Shown here piece by piece: positions 34,251-48,985 of a stretch of DNA of 64,000 bases; the first letter of the stretch is position 1; each line of letters starts with the position of its first letter. Position numbers and translations under genes: made by a program. The notes beneath the pieces are model-generated. The model was not told the DNA's origin and did no database searches. It was given only the letters and a program-made list of their open reading frames with translations. Source of the stretch: Ruditapes philippinarum (taxonomy: Eukaryota); NCBI RefSeq assembly GCF_026571515.1, contig NW_026853744.1, positions 1 to 64,000 of the forward strand. Direction: 5' to 3'.

Positions 34251-35554
34251 AAAATGCATTGCGCGCTTTCTCGGTGAACCGGAAAACTGCCGTACATCAT
34301 TCTTTAAAACGTATGTAAAATACATTACACATGTTATTATGTACATTCATTAAAATTTTAATGTGCATATGCATTCTAAAACTTAATCAGTATCACTTTC
34401 AGTTGTAAAGTATCTAGTTGTCAGAGAACCGAACAAATACTTCGAAATACTTTTGTCAAAATTATAACTTTAAAAGCAAGGAAAATATATATTCTTTAGA
34501 ACAATATTTTATAATGTGTCTACAATAATTAGTAAGTTGATAGCTATATACTATCGTTTATTCAATGTAAATAATTATCATTAGTCAGTGTTTTTCGGGA
34601 AAGAGCTATAAACATGTTTCATATACACACTGTAGTGATAAACGTTTTTAAGGTACTGATTAGTTATGGTCCCCGATAAATAACCCAACCCACTGATAAA
34701 CAAAAGAGGGAGCGCGTGCGAATTGTACAGCAGCTGCTTCATAAGTGCAGCTTTCGATGAATCATAGGTTTAATGCGAGATGAGAAAAACCCGTGTGAAT
34801 CGTTAAAATTATTTTCTAATTCGCTTGCTCAAACGAAAATAAATTATTTATTCTCTTTAAAGCTATTAAGCATAATAAACAACGAGAACATAATTTAGGA
34901 TTGGCCAATTGCATTGCTTTTATTATATCAGAAATACAGAAAATAAATTCAAAATAAATCATTAATTTTGAACTTTGCCTCTTCTCACTTAATGAAAGCA
35001 TCACCTGTTAAATATAACAAAAAAATGAATAACATCGTGAAATGACTTCTTTTTCTTTAAAACAAAACCTGATATGATACCAGCTTTACCACATCAAAAT
35101 TGTGGGTGGAGGATGGATGGAAAATAAACATGCAAATAAAGCAATGAATTATTTCGGACTAATTTGAAACTACCTTTCGATACTTTATAAGAAACTGATA
35201 CGCTTAGTTGATTGCACGAAATTCTCGTGCAACACAATCTTTACACAATTACTATATATTACAGCAAATTAATAACTCAACAAGAATAGATACATTTATT
35301 TTTAATTCCTTGCTAAAAAACGAAAATAAATTATATTTTTTCCCTTAAAAGCTATTAAGCATAAATAAACAACGAACATAATTAGGATTGGCCAATTGCA
35401 TTGCTTTTTATTTCGAGCAAAACAAAGAACGGGAAATTAACGTTAATTAACTTTAACATTGAAAAAAAATTCTATAAATTTGTTCTATGAAAACTTTAAC
35501 AATTCACTGAAATAAATTTTTACAAATCATACTTTTTGCTAATCAAATATTCAT

Positions 35555-36560
35555 TAATACCAAAATTTTTTTTGACACTAAAGAAGTTTACTAAATCATC
35601 TTTTAATATACCATCTTTACCTTTTCGGACCGCCAACGGCCATGTCTTTTAAACAAACGGTCCGGAATTCCGGAAGTTTTAGCCGCAGCTGTAGCATCAC
35701 CGGACCTAAGCTAAACCCAAATTTTTTTCTCTAAACCAATCGCAGAAAAACATGTTAAGTACAATTTCTCTAACCCAGTATATGTACAAATGATTAAACA
35801 TCCTTTTATTTATAAGTATTGTTGATTTTACACGTAAGACACTAACGGAAAAAAATAAAATCGTTCGAACCAACCGTATATTACTCATATCATATAATTC
35901 TCTAACAAATACATCGGCATGTCTTTTTTACCATCCTAACTATAATACATTTTTGCCTTCAATGATATATGTCGTTTTGCTTTTTGAACCTTATATAAAT
36001 ACCAAACATGGATCCTGAAAAAAACTGAAGATCTGATCGTCTTAAGTCACTTAACTCCCAGAAAATCGTAAAAAATCCTGCAAAGCTACAAAACGCATAA
36101 TAAATTTCTCAAATACATTAAATTTTGAAATATTTCACTCCAAACCTTCCATAAGTTAATTTAAAACATTAAAGGAGCACAGGTTTTTTTTCGACACAGA
36201 ATGTCCCAAAAGCCGGTGTGCTGCTTCCCTGACTGATTAATCAAGAGAGTCACAAGGGATAGAAACTAAAACCAGCCAAATCATGAGCCCATTTGTACGA
36301 ATAAAACTTCATCAACGAAGTTGGGGAAATTTGATCTCTGTAACTGAATGAAATAAAGCCAAATTCAAATACTGCTGGTATAGATTCGAACCTTGTTTCC
36401 GTGTCCAAAAAAACCAATTTTTCCGAAAAACTCTTTGATTACTTTTCACAGTGTTGGAACTTTAGATTCAATATAAAAAATTGGGTAACATCAGCAGCTA
36501 AGGAAATACAACTCCGGATCTTGAAAATCAATGTATTGACCTTCTTTCGTGCGATCAGAT
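35555..36560 (-). pseudogene. Tyrosine recombinase relic
   Basis: WAHDLAG; SFAGF/LRFS; KSKT; SLRSGDATAAAKTSGIPDRLFKRHGRWRSEK; many frameshifts. Confidence 0.85.
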
Positions 36561-37018
36561 ATGTAAAATGGTATAAAAAGAAAGACAAAAAAAAGTGCGT
36601 GCATTTAAAAGCTATTTAACAAAATAATTTTAAAACTCAAAATACACTGATATTACAAAATTTTTAAACAATATTAGCCGTGCAAAAATGTTTCAAGTTA
36701 ACCTTCTAGACTTTTCCTATCCAACAAATTTTGCCAACCTGTTTATGGCAAATCATCTATAAACACAAAACTATTACAACGCCAACCTGTTATGCAAAAC
36801 ACATACAAGAAAGAAAAACAATCTTTCAAAAAATAACTTCTGATAATCATACCGATATAAACAGTCACGAAAAAATCACTGCAATTGAAGAAAACATGAA
36901 ACTCAAATTATCCCTTATAAATACAATAACCACCCAATAAAGTTAAAACTCAAATTGACACTAAAAATCTTAACTGGAACCGAAAATATATTCTTATTAA
37001 AATATTGTATAAATATGT

Positions 37019-38900
37019 TTATCTATCTTTTCGAAAAAAAACAGTCCGCGATATTACGGTTTTTAACTTGACTGTAATTCTCCCGTTAACATAGGCCAAA
37101 AAATGCTGAAGGGGCCAATAAGGTGCTATCAAAGTCCCCGAGCTTTTACAAGCCAACAGAATATTTATAACTCCGGGAACTAAAGCTACAGGAGGTACTA
37201 ACCTTATTTTCATTAGCCCAATTTACAGAAAAACGCGTCAACTTTCATCAATGCCCGGGAACCCAAATAAACTGTTAAACGAACAATTTTTCGATTATAA
37301 TGGTTCGCAAAAATCTACTGTATAGGTCCCAACTTAAACAATGAAATCAAAAAAAACCTCCCTAAACGCCCCAGTCATCAACATCACATAATTTTACTAT
37401 AATAATCAGCCAAAAACATTAGATTCTCTGGGAATTTCCATGTCATATGTAAAGAAAATCTGATGTTTAATGCACAATTCAAATAATATCTAAAAGCTAT
37501 CCTTGTAATCTAATGACGTACTCCCCCATCAACATATGAACACAATTCTATTATCTAATAACTCAAACACCCCCCCCCCCCCTATAAATGGTAAAAAAAC
37601 TTTTTAAGGCAAATAAAAAAGCAGTTTTAACCCGCCATGTAGAACTGGTGTCCTTCTCATAACTGAGACCAATTCGGTATGACAAATTTTTATCGCATAT
37701 TATCTTTTCAATATAAGCAGCGCAGGCTATTTGGCTTGCATCAGAATAGACAGTTACTGACTCAATAACTATATGAAACAAGATCTAAGGTTGGTTTACT
37801 TATTACTTTCTTTTTCCAGAATTTGATTTCTCGAATAGCTCCCTTAAACCGGCTAATATCTAAAACAGAGTCCCAACCCTAATTTCTCATTTCTAGATTC
37901 AATGACATGATGCAAATGTTTTGTCATTAATTTGCAAATATTACCTATAACAGGCATTAATGAAATAATTTTCCCTGTAAACTTTGCTATTTCTCGTGCA
38001 TTTAACAGAGGAATTTTCGCATTACATATTCTCCGCCTTTTCGGAAAATTTCCAAAGCAAGTTATCCTTTTAAATTCCATAAAAAGCCCAGCCATTCAAG
38101 AATTTGTACTGTTTCTAAAAACGCATTTGTTCAAATCAATCAAAAATACCTGACCTAATCAAAAAATGACTTCACAAACATAAACGCATTCTTAGCCGAT
38201 TGAAGTTTTTATTTACACCCTAGCCATCATCTAAAAATAGTACAAAAAAATATACCATTTTTCCCTGATATGCTTAACAATTGGCCGTAAACACTTTGTC
38301 CAGATAAATGGAGCCGATGTCAGTCCGAAAGGTAAAACAGTGAAAACATAATATTTTGTTAAAACCGTTTTCAAATCCAAGAAAATCCTAAACATGTTTT
38401 GCTTAGATGGAGCTATATCTATATGGTGATATGGCTGAGGTTACATCAAATTTGTACATGAAGCTTCCCGATACACAATATTCAAAAGCGACTGACCAGT
38501 CTCGAACTTAAAATGTTCTTTCCAAACATACCTTATTTCATAACGCTTAAGTCAAGAATAAGACGTTTTTTGCCAGAAACTATTGAGCGACACTGACAAC
38601 GGATTAACTAAATAAGGAATAAAAGGAACTTCTAAAACACAACCAGAATGAACTAAATCAGCGATAGCACCCGAAACAAAATCACAATGTTCAAAAGCAG
38701 ACTTGTTGTTTTTGAGAAAATAACTAATTTTGTATTCAAAATACTTAGTTTGTGCTAAAATAATGTCATTTAAAACACAGTTTTTGTTCTGCAAAATACA
38801 ATCATTTGAAAAATACTCATCTTTACAATAAGCCGGTTCTTGGTTCAGTTGCGGTTTGTTGTGGTTTTCCCGCTTGTTGCTGATTGACCTTGACTGGTTG
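37019..38900 (-). pseudogene. DIRS-type RT / RNase H / methyltransferase-like relic
   Basis: PYLVNPLSV; TVLPFGLTSAPFIWTKCLRP; LFLDDG (~38225); YSDAS and SSTWR; VPPVALV...GTLIAPYWP. Confidence 0.85.
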
Positions 38901-39642
38901 ACCTTGTAAAGAGAAGGCGCTTCCAAGAACGGGATAATATCCGACTCCTTGGGGTTGACGTAATCTTGGGCAGTTAGACCGGAAGTGTCCAAATCCACCA
39001 CAGGCATAAACACTGGATGAGCTGTTTGTTGTTTCGTCGAAAGGTGCGAAAAGACAGAATACACCCCTATCAGTTGTCATCAGCATAACCCGTATCACGT
39101 GACGAACTCCAGCAAGCTGACTGTAGAAGTTGCAGGGTTTCGAACCCGAACGAATTTTTTTCTTGGCCAAAGCTCGCTTTTTCAGCACGACGGATCTTCT
39201 TATCATCGTCGCTATCGCTGGCGATTTCATCCGACTCATATTCAGCAACTGTGTCCCATGCCGCCGGGACTTTTATCAGCTAATTTGATAAGTTTATTCC
39301 TGTGAGTCAGGCTTTTGACGATTCCGGCAACTTATCTAATGATCTACGCTGTTCGTCGTTCTGAATAAAACTGGACACCGACTCTAACTGTTCAATTAAT
39401 CCCGAGTTGAATTCAAACTGTTTCCGGTTACTTGTCCACTTAAAGTCCCTAGCACAAGAACTAGTACTTCCTCTCAATTTTTTGAACTGCTTGTCATTGG
39501 AAACTAATAAATCGTCTCTCAATTCTCGCTTAAGCGAAGGAAACTTCTTATCTAGATACTCCTGAAAAGCGACCATAGAATCTGCTGAACCGCCTCTATC
39601 GCTACCACGTGGCCGCCCTGCGTTTTCGCTATCACTATCCAT
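38823..39642 (-). pseudogene. gag-like ORF with zinc-knuckle remnant, frameshifted
   Basis: ORFs 39307-39642 (FKWTSNRKQFEFN) and 38823-39248 (YACGGFGHFRSNCP). Confidence 0.75.
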
Positions 39643-41789
39643 TTAAGTGGGAAAATAAAAATAAGAATAAAGCAATGCAATTACCTATGGTAAGAGAAGC
39701 CCTTAAAGTCTGAAAATAAAAGCATATCAATCATTGAACAATTAAAGACAACAATTATTTTTCAGTTATCTCAAAAATTCAAACATATGATAACTTTGCT
39801 CATTGAAATGAAATATGCACATATTGACATCTTAAAAAGCAACTTTACAATTTTCATAAACGTATCCCTGAGGATCAGTCATGAATATAAGGGATACTTT
39901 TACTTTTTTCTATGTGTCAAGTATTGCTATTTTATAATATATAAATCATGAATGATATTTGAAATGACACTTTAAAATTATTTGGTTGTTTATATTTTAT
40001 GAGACCTATTATATTACATTATTTTATCTAATTATAAACAAATTCTCCCTGGTCTTTTCTTAAGAATCACGTGACTACATGTTTATATATCTTGTATATC
40101 GTTATAAAATCTATAAATAGTAACAGATTGCTGATAAGACATACAGGTAACTTGTTAATGGTTGGCAAAAGGTGTGGTAGCTGATAAGATACTTATCATT
40201 GTAATTTTGTACAGATAATTACATAAGTTATTTTTCATTAATCAGTTTCATACTTTATATCATTAGAAAAACCTGTTTACTCATATTTTACACATTCAAA
40301 ATAAATTTTCAAAACATTTTCCTTTCTTCTTGTTAAAGGGTTAAACTTGGTCCTTTCTGTCAAACTTTCGACAAGAAAGTTCAAAAGTTTAGTTTAGGTT
40401 GAACATCCCAAAATAATTTTATGCTTAAGAGGCACATTAGTGAAATGTATAATGGTAATCGTTGATTTCGGTATATTCCGTCGGTTTCCATCATGACGTT
40501 AGGGGTCCGGAATCGTATTAGATACATAGACTATCTTTGTGTTGATAGTTTATCGCACTGAAAGGCAATTAAACGTTAATTTTATATATCGTATGTAACG
40601 ATGGGAGTACATGTATTGATTTCAACTTAATAATATATTAATAATATATTTTTTCTATTGCACAAAATAATGATGTACAACACTTTTACAGTAAAATTGT
40701 ATTGTTTCATGAAATAATTAAACAAATATATTTGCATAGTCACTTTGCAAATATTCGATGATTGGTTATTATTTATCAGTAATTATCTGAATCTGAACTA
40801 GTAATCTATACGAAAATCAATGTATGGTACTACAGTATATGAATAAGGTACAATTACAAGAAGAATTACCAGCATAGCACTTGCCTTACAAGCCTCAGTG
40901 GCAAACATTACTCAACTCATTGTTCCTCTTATTTTTGTACTTGAACCATTAAACTTATATTTTCTTATATTTATGATAATACAATCATTTTTCTTTCCGG
41001 CGACTTGATGCTTTAGCATCAAAATCTCTACTTGTTATTTTAGGTCTTAGAAAATTCTATTAGATATCCAGCAATTTTCATAGTCTTACAATGTATCATT
41101 TGTAATGCAACAAATCTTTCAATGTTAAATTTGTTTAACAATTTCCTTTTAAAAATGCTAATGTTCCGTTAGCAATTTGCTGCTATATCTGACAAAGTCT
41201 TGAAACTCTTAAAACTATACAATTTATTTCTGCAAACAACTTAATATATAAGCACTTGATACAATTTTTTCCTCTATCTGACGCTGGGGTATAATTTGCA
41301 GCAAATATATCGTTACTGAAAGGTTTATGTACTAATATTAAAATCAATATTCTCACTGATTTTATTACATAAAATGGTCATCATGTTGCAGTCAACTTAT
41401 AGTTTGTAAAGAAAAATATATAAAAAATATGAATGTATGAATAGGGTAACGAAAATTATGAAATCAAAGTGTCATATTTATCCTAATTTTACAACATAAC
41501 ATTATTTTATTTGTATTATTATCTTTTAGTACAGTTAACAATAATTCATCAAATAAATATATAATATGCATATAGATATTAATTTAAATAAAAAAATATC
41601 TTAACCACATTTGCATTCAGCACTTTAAAACTGCTTGTTTTTGCATTTTCATTTATTAGTCAAAATAATGATATGAGCGCTTTATGTTTCTATGCTGTTC
41701 TCTTTGCAGTCTGTCATTAATTTTGACATTCATGAATCATTCGGAAACATTCATCAATCCAGTTTTCACCAAAGAATCTTTTTACTTCT

Positions 41790-43320
41790 CTTTCTGATGG
41801 TGTCTGATTAGGGATCTCTAGGTCATTTGCGCTTGACCTATCTATCAAAGGTGAATGAGCTTTCCTCATTGTTTAATTTTTCCTATCATTGGGGATTTGA
41901 AGCGGAACACTTTGAGCGTTCAGAATTTGCATGTTAGCATCTTATACGTGCCATGCTTCAGTGTGTCGACATCAGTTTTGTTTAAGCGTTTTATAACTTT
42001 ATGTACACATGTTCGGAACGCAAAAGCAACACTGTGACAATTTTGCATTTAAGTTGCAGCTGTCCCTGTCACACTCAAGTGTAACTTTGGGTTAAAGTAA
42101 TCAAGTACTGGCTCTCTGTAATGATTTATTTCACCTTGAATGCATCAGTTTGAGGTTAATCCTAAAGGAACTCCGTGTATTTCTTGAGTAACAATCTTAT
42201 GGGGCTTGTAACCTCGGTTAAGTTTGGAGAAAATTTCTATAGTCAGTTAGCCATATAAAGTATGTTCTCATGTTGATGTGGGGCCTTTGGTATCTCAAGG
42301 CTTACAATTGCCTCTATTTTGTGAATGGTCAGCTTTCAATAAAAGTGTCACACAGTAACACCTATGATGCATTTGTCAAGATTGAACTAAATGCCCTTGA
42401 CTTAGCTCTGTGTAAATTTGCGTTGTGCTTCTCGCGAGATCTCCTTTATATAAAAAAAATATTGCATTGACTGTTATACCAGTCAGTCTCTCAAAAATGT
42501 CTCCCACTTTCTGCCTATATATGTCGCTTGAAATTGAGATTGCACATTGTAGTCTTAAGCATCGATGTTTACCAAATTCTGTCCTATAAGTCGTCAGAAG
42601 TTAGGACTTCTTTTATTTTTACGCTTCAATAGGCATGATACTGAAAACTTTAGCGACAATCAGTCTTGATGTGAAGTTATCAGTTATATAAGGCGTTTAG
42701 ATCAAGCGTTCCCCCTTATATGTTCTTTTTCTACTATGACCTAGAAATTCATCCAGTCTGTAGGTTCTGTGACCTTACATATTTTACGAGTCAATGTTTC
42801 GGGAATCCGTCTAGGTGCATTAGTAACAGGAATAGAATTTGCTTTGATATGTAGCTTCCTTTCACATGGAATGACCCCTACACAACTGAATACATCACCG
42901 TACTCAAACATAACCCCTAATCTGTATTTACGCGGACAAATTTTTGTGCAGAAGACTTTAGACATAGGAGAGGTATTGATTGGCTATTAACATTGTAACA
43001 CATGTTTTATCGGGATGTTATTTTATCTTTAGATCTTAATTGACAACTTATCATACTACAAACAGGTAATGCCTGACCTGTATATGATGCATAGCGACTG
43101 CCTGAGGCCTCTTGAATGTGATTTATATATAGCTTATTTAATAATTTGCCATTTACAAGATCAAGAGAAGAAGATTCTCTAACTGGATCAACATAAAATT
43201 CCTCATCACTTCTTGATTTATATCCATAATTATCATTCACATTATGAATAGATTTTTCTGCAGATCTACAAGCACTAGCAAAGTGTATAATCCCCCCCCC
43301 CCCCACACACACACACTTAT
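41790..43320 (-). pseudogene. Fragmented Gypsy gag-pol relic
   Basis: HFASACRS (knuckle remnant), YGDVF...PVTNAPRRIP, KVTEPTDW, EKHNANL...FNLDKC; large deletions. Confidence 0.65.
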
Positions 43321-46086
43321 CGTTTATGACGATGAGATTTTATTTTGGTTTTCTGTCAAACTTGGGTTATTTCACTGGGTGCTGCCATTGTACTGAGAAT
43401 GGGATTTAAATTTGTCATAGTAGTTCTGAAGGGTTTTTGTATTGTCGACTGTGAATCAGAGGTCAGAGACATAACTGGCTTCCCAGATCATGACTGGAGC
43501 AGATAATCCTGATATTGAAACCTTTGTATTCAAATACTTTTACTCTTTCTGACTCAATATTATGTTTTCTGTTTGTGTACGTATGTATATACTATTATAA
43601 TATTACGTTCTGCCACATACTAACTAATGTGAGTAAATAAAGATGAACTCAGGTGTTAAATAATATAGTTTAATATAAGAACTGGTCTTTGAGGGGAAAA
43701 ACCGTCTAATAGTAGAGTCATCCGCAGAATAACACTAACATGTAACGGTCAAGGTAAAATGCATCATCATTACAGTATAGTAAGGTTACCGGACTTATTT
43801 GGCGGAAAACAGGATAGGTTGTTTTTACAAATACTTTTTATTACATAGTTCCATGGCAATGTAAACAAAAACAGGATGTTGATAGACCATATGATTATCT
43901 CCGTCACCCTGGAGGCAATTAGTATATTGAAAACTTTATGAAAGGGTCTTTTGAAAGTAAACAATATTGAATAAGATGCAGTTTCAGTGTGTTCATAAAG
44001 AGGTAGTCCTTAAAATAAACATAAATTCCTAAATCAAAGATGATTTGCATTAGCATTCTATTCCATTCCATTCCCGTTCAATGTATCCCTGTCTATGGAA
44101 GATTATTTATAACATAATTTGTGTTGTTAGATCTGTTATATACGTCTTCATGCTTAATTAGAAATTATTCGCATGTAATTAGAAATGCATAATTTCTAAT
44201 AATTAAACATTCTGTTTGATAAAAACAGTTGTTTAATGCGTGCGACTTGAAATCGTAAAATTTAACTTTGAAAAATTTCAAAGTCATTGATTTTTTTAAT
44301 AATTGATAACCTTGCTGATAATAACATGAAGATAATATTGAATTTGTGATTTAGCATAACACATTAAACAGATGTAAAATGTAATTACCGCATGAGTAAT
44401 CTTCTCATCTGTTTACAATACTAGTTTGCTATATTTGTAAACGCTTTCCGACTAAACTGTATATCTTTCATGAAAGAATAAAAAGATATATCATCTTAAT
44501 ATGGTCAAAATCACTTAAAGTAATACAACGCAAAATGGTTTTTAAGACAAAATAGAACTGAGAGGCAGTAGCAGTTTGTGTTATACAAACATAGCGTAAA
44601 GACGCACTAAATGTTAGGGCTACACTATAGGCGTGCCAATGTACAGGGGATTTTTTTCACTGTAAACAGTTCTTATTTTGTGTATGTGTTAAATAGAATA
44701 TCATATTCGTGTAGATTCAATGCTAAAATTATTGAACTCGTCGATATTAATTGAACCCAAACTCAATTAATATCCTCTATGTATTGTTTGTTTTTAATGC
44801 AACACTTGGCGTAATGCATATTAGAAATAACTTACCTTTGAAAATATCTTGATTGTGATAAATTTGCATATAGGACAGCTCAAAGAAGTGCAAAGTTTAT
44901 CAGCAATATTTCAAAAGGGATGCAGTAAATATCTAAACGTATAATTTTTTTCCATTGCGGATAAATACAAAAAAGTGCTTCCTAGAAAGTCAGTTGTTAC
45001 GGAATTTACGGTTTATATCCAAAGTCAAGGGTTGCTGTGGTAGTTACTGGTTGCAATGACAAGTTATTGGTTGTTCTGGGAAGTAAATGATTGATATTAT
45101 AGTAACTGACTGTCAAGGAAAGTCAATAATTGCTATCGAAGTCTTTTCGTCTAGTTGATCACTACCAAGTTTGTTTAAACTGCTGCTTGGATTCAAATTT
45201 TGCCTCATACCGGGGAGTCATGGGTTTTCCCTATCTGTATATAGTAAAAACTTTCCTCTGAACACGCAAGGACAAGAACTAAACCATTTTGCATCTGGAA
45301 CGCTACCATTTATTCAAATTAAAGGCGTGCATACATTTTAAATTGATGTCAGTTGCGTAAATGGTACTGTTGCACTGTACACACGTCAGTGAAAAACATT
45401 ATACTTTTTTCAAATGTAAACAGTTCTTTTTTGTATGTGATGAATAGAATATTATATTCTTGCAACTTAATTTCTAAATTTACTCCAGAACATCTTGATT
45501 CAATTGTATACGTTTTTCAATTAATAAAGCTACACTCATTCAATTCTGTATAGGGTTTTCATCATCATAGTTTTAATATGCAGAAAATATTAACCTTTCT
45601 TGCAAAATTGCTTTTGCTTTTGCATTTGATTCATTATCAAGCTTAATAGATATGAATTGTGTATCTTTTATGTTGTTAATGTTGTTACTGGTCCGGTTTT
45701 GCTCGCACAGACAAGAATAAACCTAACCGAGCCGACTTAAAAGGGACCTTGTTTAAACTTCAATTCTCATCTTTTCAATAAATCTCAGAGACTATTTGAA
45801 CCTATCCGGAGATTGACGAAATGGGCAAGGGTTCAATCAAATCGAGCCTCCAACAGTTTCGATATTGCCGTGTTGGACAATATCTAATGTTCCAATGTTT
45901 TTTTCACAAAAGCGAAACGGCAAACAAATGGAAATCATAATAAATGTTTATATATATGTTGTTTCACAGAAATTGTAACCAGATGAACATTAAACTTGTA
46001 ATTATTTCATAAAATGGTGAGCGTTTAGGATGTACAGTTGCCAGATCATATTAAGTTGTTTGTCAAGAAGCTCAATTCAAGTAAAG

Positions 46087-46305
46087 AAATCTGGAAACAA
46101 AAGGATCCCTTGGAAGCATTAATCGCAACAAAATTACATGAAAATTGCGGACTCGGTTCGATTGAGTCTGTACATGAGGGATAATGAATAAGTGCAACAT
46201 CCCTCACGCCCTTTAGCACCGGCTTGAGCGGTACTCAATTATCAACACTTTATAGTGCTGGCATCAATGATCCCGAAGGACCTGAACAATGTAACAACAC
46301 TGAAG
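46087..46305 (+). repeat. Dispersed copy of the 13938-14210 repeat
   Basis: High similarity by eye to 13938-14156. Confidence 0.8.
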
Positions 46306-46600
46306 AAGAAGCCTAAAAAATATTTGTTTACACATACTTTAACTGAAATATTCTTAAGAGGATAATATACAATTTATTTGCATTTTAAGACGTTTTGAGC
46401 CCTTACCCTGAGTGTATGTGGTGACAGTCAAATAAATTTATATTTTGCAATTTTAAAATGACTTTAAGTTTCATAATTTACTTTGCATGAATTACGACAA
46501 AAACTCACGTCGCCTAAGGAAATTTCTGATAGTATCCATCAAAATTTACATGTAATGTTCAATTAATAAAAACAAGAGGGACAGTATTTTTATAATTTAG

Positions 46601-47575
46601 GAAAATTTAAATTTTGCCCTAAACATTTTCTTATTACTTGTATCTATATTGAAAAATGAAACAGAGGGTAATTCAGAAATTTTTGGCTAAATGATAACAC
46701 CGACATTGAAGACTTCTAATCAGAATTAATTACATTCAGCAGTGTCATGACACCTCTTTTACTATTACAGGCCCGCTATGTATCGCTAATGACATTATCA
46801 GCTAATATTGAACCTTGCAGTTACTGTAGTAACTCCTCACTGGGAATGAAGTTAATTGTGTGAGTGGACGGTAGTTTGAACTTACCACAACTGTCCAATA
46901 ACAGGCTCAGGCAAGTCGACCCTACATAAGTTTTTATTTGGCTGTGTTAGAACTTTCATTTTATCATTTTCTTGTTTCCCCCTTACCACGCTAAATATCT
47001 TTAATGGACTTGACAATCTTTCAATCTGGACACGGCCATTTATCGTTTTAAGAATAAGTTCTGTAATATATTGACTAAATAGCGAACAATGATCAGACGA
47101 CATGGGCAGAATTAGTAGCCGGCATCAGAATTAGGGTTAAGGATGTGGGTTTGGTTTAGAGAAACTGGATTTATTGTTCCTAAAAATAGTGACAGTAAGT
47201 TCTGAGAATTGCTTTCTTGATGACCTTTTTGTGCCATTTTATACTTAAGTGTAACGTTAATCTAACAATATTGTTACAAAAATGTTGTCTATTAATATCC
47301 ATTTCAAAACATTACAAAGAAATAGTCTAAGTAGAACACCGTTTCTAATGTACATATTTGTATAAGTATGCAGAAATAATCTTGTAAAGAAACAACAGGG
47401 ATGGTTTAACTTTAACAGGTTTAATATTGTAAATTTTTACCTTTCCCATGAAGGAAAAAATATGAAAAGGCTATTTAATTCATTAGCAATTATTTAATAG
47501 ACTTGCGATCACAACAACGATATAAACACACCCATGCAGTATACTTGAAAACAACAAACAGCAACAAAGCAAAGA
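46601..47575 (+). repeat. Left arm of ~950-bp inverted duplication
   Basis: Colinear reverse-complement match to 50608-51546. Confidence 0.9.
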
Positions 47576-48749
47576 AAATGTATTATATTTATTTGACTTA
47601 GTAATTCTTTTAAGTGTTATGTACGGACAAACGGACGGCAGGACGGAGGCCATTCCTATAATCCCTTTAGAGATTAAAAATAGAGGCTGTCCTACTTTGA
47701 AATGACATCAATATCAGTATGCTATAATTTGATAAAATGGTTTTTGCGGTAAGCCGCTTTATAGTTACAACAAATTGTAGAGAGACTGGTCATTTTGAGC
47801 GAAAACAGCCAAATTATTAACTCTGAGTACAAAAAAGCTCTCAAAATGCAACAAACAATTACCAATTATTCGAGGATTTTTCATGTGCTGGGCCATTATA
47901 TCATAATGTAATTTTATGTGATTTTGATTACTCGAATGAGGTTGTGAGAATAAACATGTTTTGAAAATATTAACATATGCTTGTATAAGGATGCCCGATG
48001 TTACTTCGCTGAATTCAGTGAACAATCCAAACTCCTCGCAGCGGTTACTTCCCTTTACATCAGTGCAGTCTACGCTAAAAAATTAAGGGGAGATCACTGC
48101 GTGAAGATTGTGAACAGTTTCGTTTGATTAGGTCGTAAAAATGCAAATGTTATTTCATTTTGTTTTAGGCTTAACTTATACAAATAAATATATGTCAATT
48201 ATTTCTATGTATTTTACTTTATTTTACAAATGTTTATTAAGTATTTGTCGTGAAGAAGTGAGAATTGAGATTTCAGCAATATCGCGCATGAATATACATT
48301 GTATCTGCATACAATATTTTTGCAAGACGACGACAGGGGTTTTCAACAAGCGTGCAATTTTCCGCGAATAAGATGTGATTTTACATATTTTCAGTTTATC
48401 AATTGCATTGTTATTGTATGTTTAAGATTATGCAATGCTGTTTTAGCGGTGTCTGAGTGAATTAAGCCTAAACGATCACTGCCTTGTACGATACCTACTT
48501 GCGCTTGGTTTGTTTACATGAAGGTGATATTGTTTACATATCAGTATAATCACATGCATATTAGATTGCATTTTACTGTTTGATATATGGTTAGTATGTG
48601 GCTGGTAAACGTATTTCATGCAGGCCTTTTTTCAGTTGCTGCTAGTTGTAAGTCTGTAAATTTATTTTTGGCGTCTTTTCCATACTATATTACCCAATAT
48701 GATACATTTCCAACCTTGTTCAGTATTCAGATATTCAGAGATGGATTGA

Positions 48750-48985
48750 TTTCAACATACTGAATTTCTCATGGTATAAATACAAATTTGATATTAAATT
48801 ACAGAATTGTACATGTATTGAAATTGTGTTGAATTTACATGGGATTTGATTTACACTGAATAATACATGGAATCTGAATTGCACTGAATTTCACGTGGAA
48901 TATGACGCACACTGAATCCCACATGGAATTTGAATTGTACTGAATTCCTCATAGCATTTGAATCGTGCTGAATTTCTCATGGCAT
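48750..48985. repeat. Degenerate ~28-bp minisatellite
   Basis: Recurring gaatttgaattgcactgaatttcacatg-like units. Confidence 0.65.

Larger units (their letters stand above)
34817..39683 (-). mobile_element. Decayed tyrosine-recombinase retrotransposon (DIRS order, Ngaro-like)
   Basis: gag-RT-RNaseH-MT-like-YR in order on one strand; ~105-bp direct repeat 34817-34925 / 35304-35412 at the 3' end. Confidence 0.85.

Noticed and set aside
44830-44900. Donor AAG|GTAAGT on the minus strand as an SLC6 5' UTR exon
   Set aside because: An isolated splice motif 12 kb upstream with no supporting promoter; cannot be tested without transcripts
46741-46770. SVMTPLLL resembling the nested peptide's SVMIPLFL
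   Set aside because: Short hydrophobic match with different codons and no basic or amidation context; most likely chance
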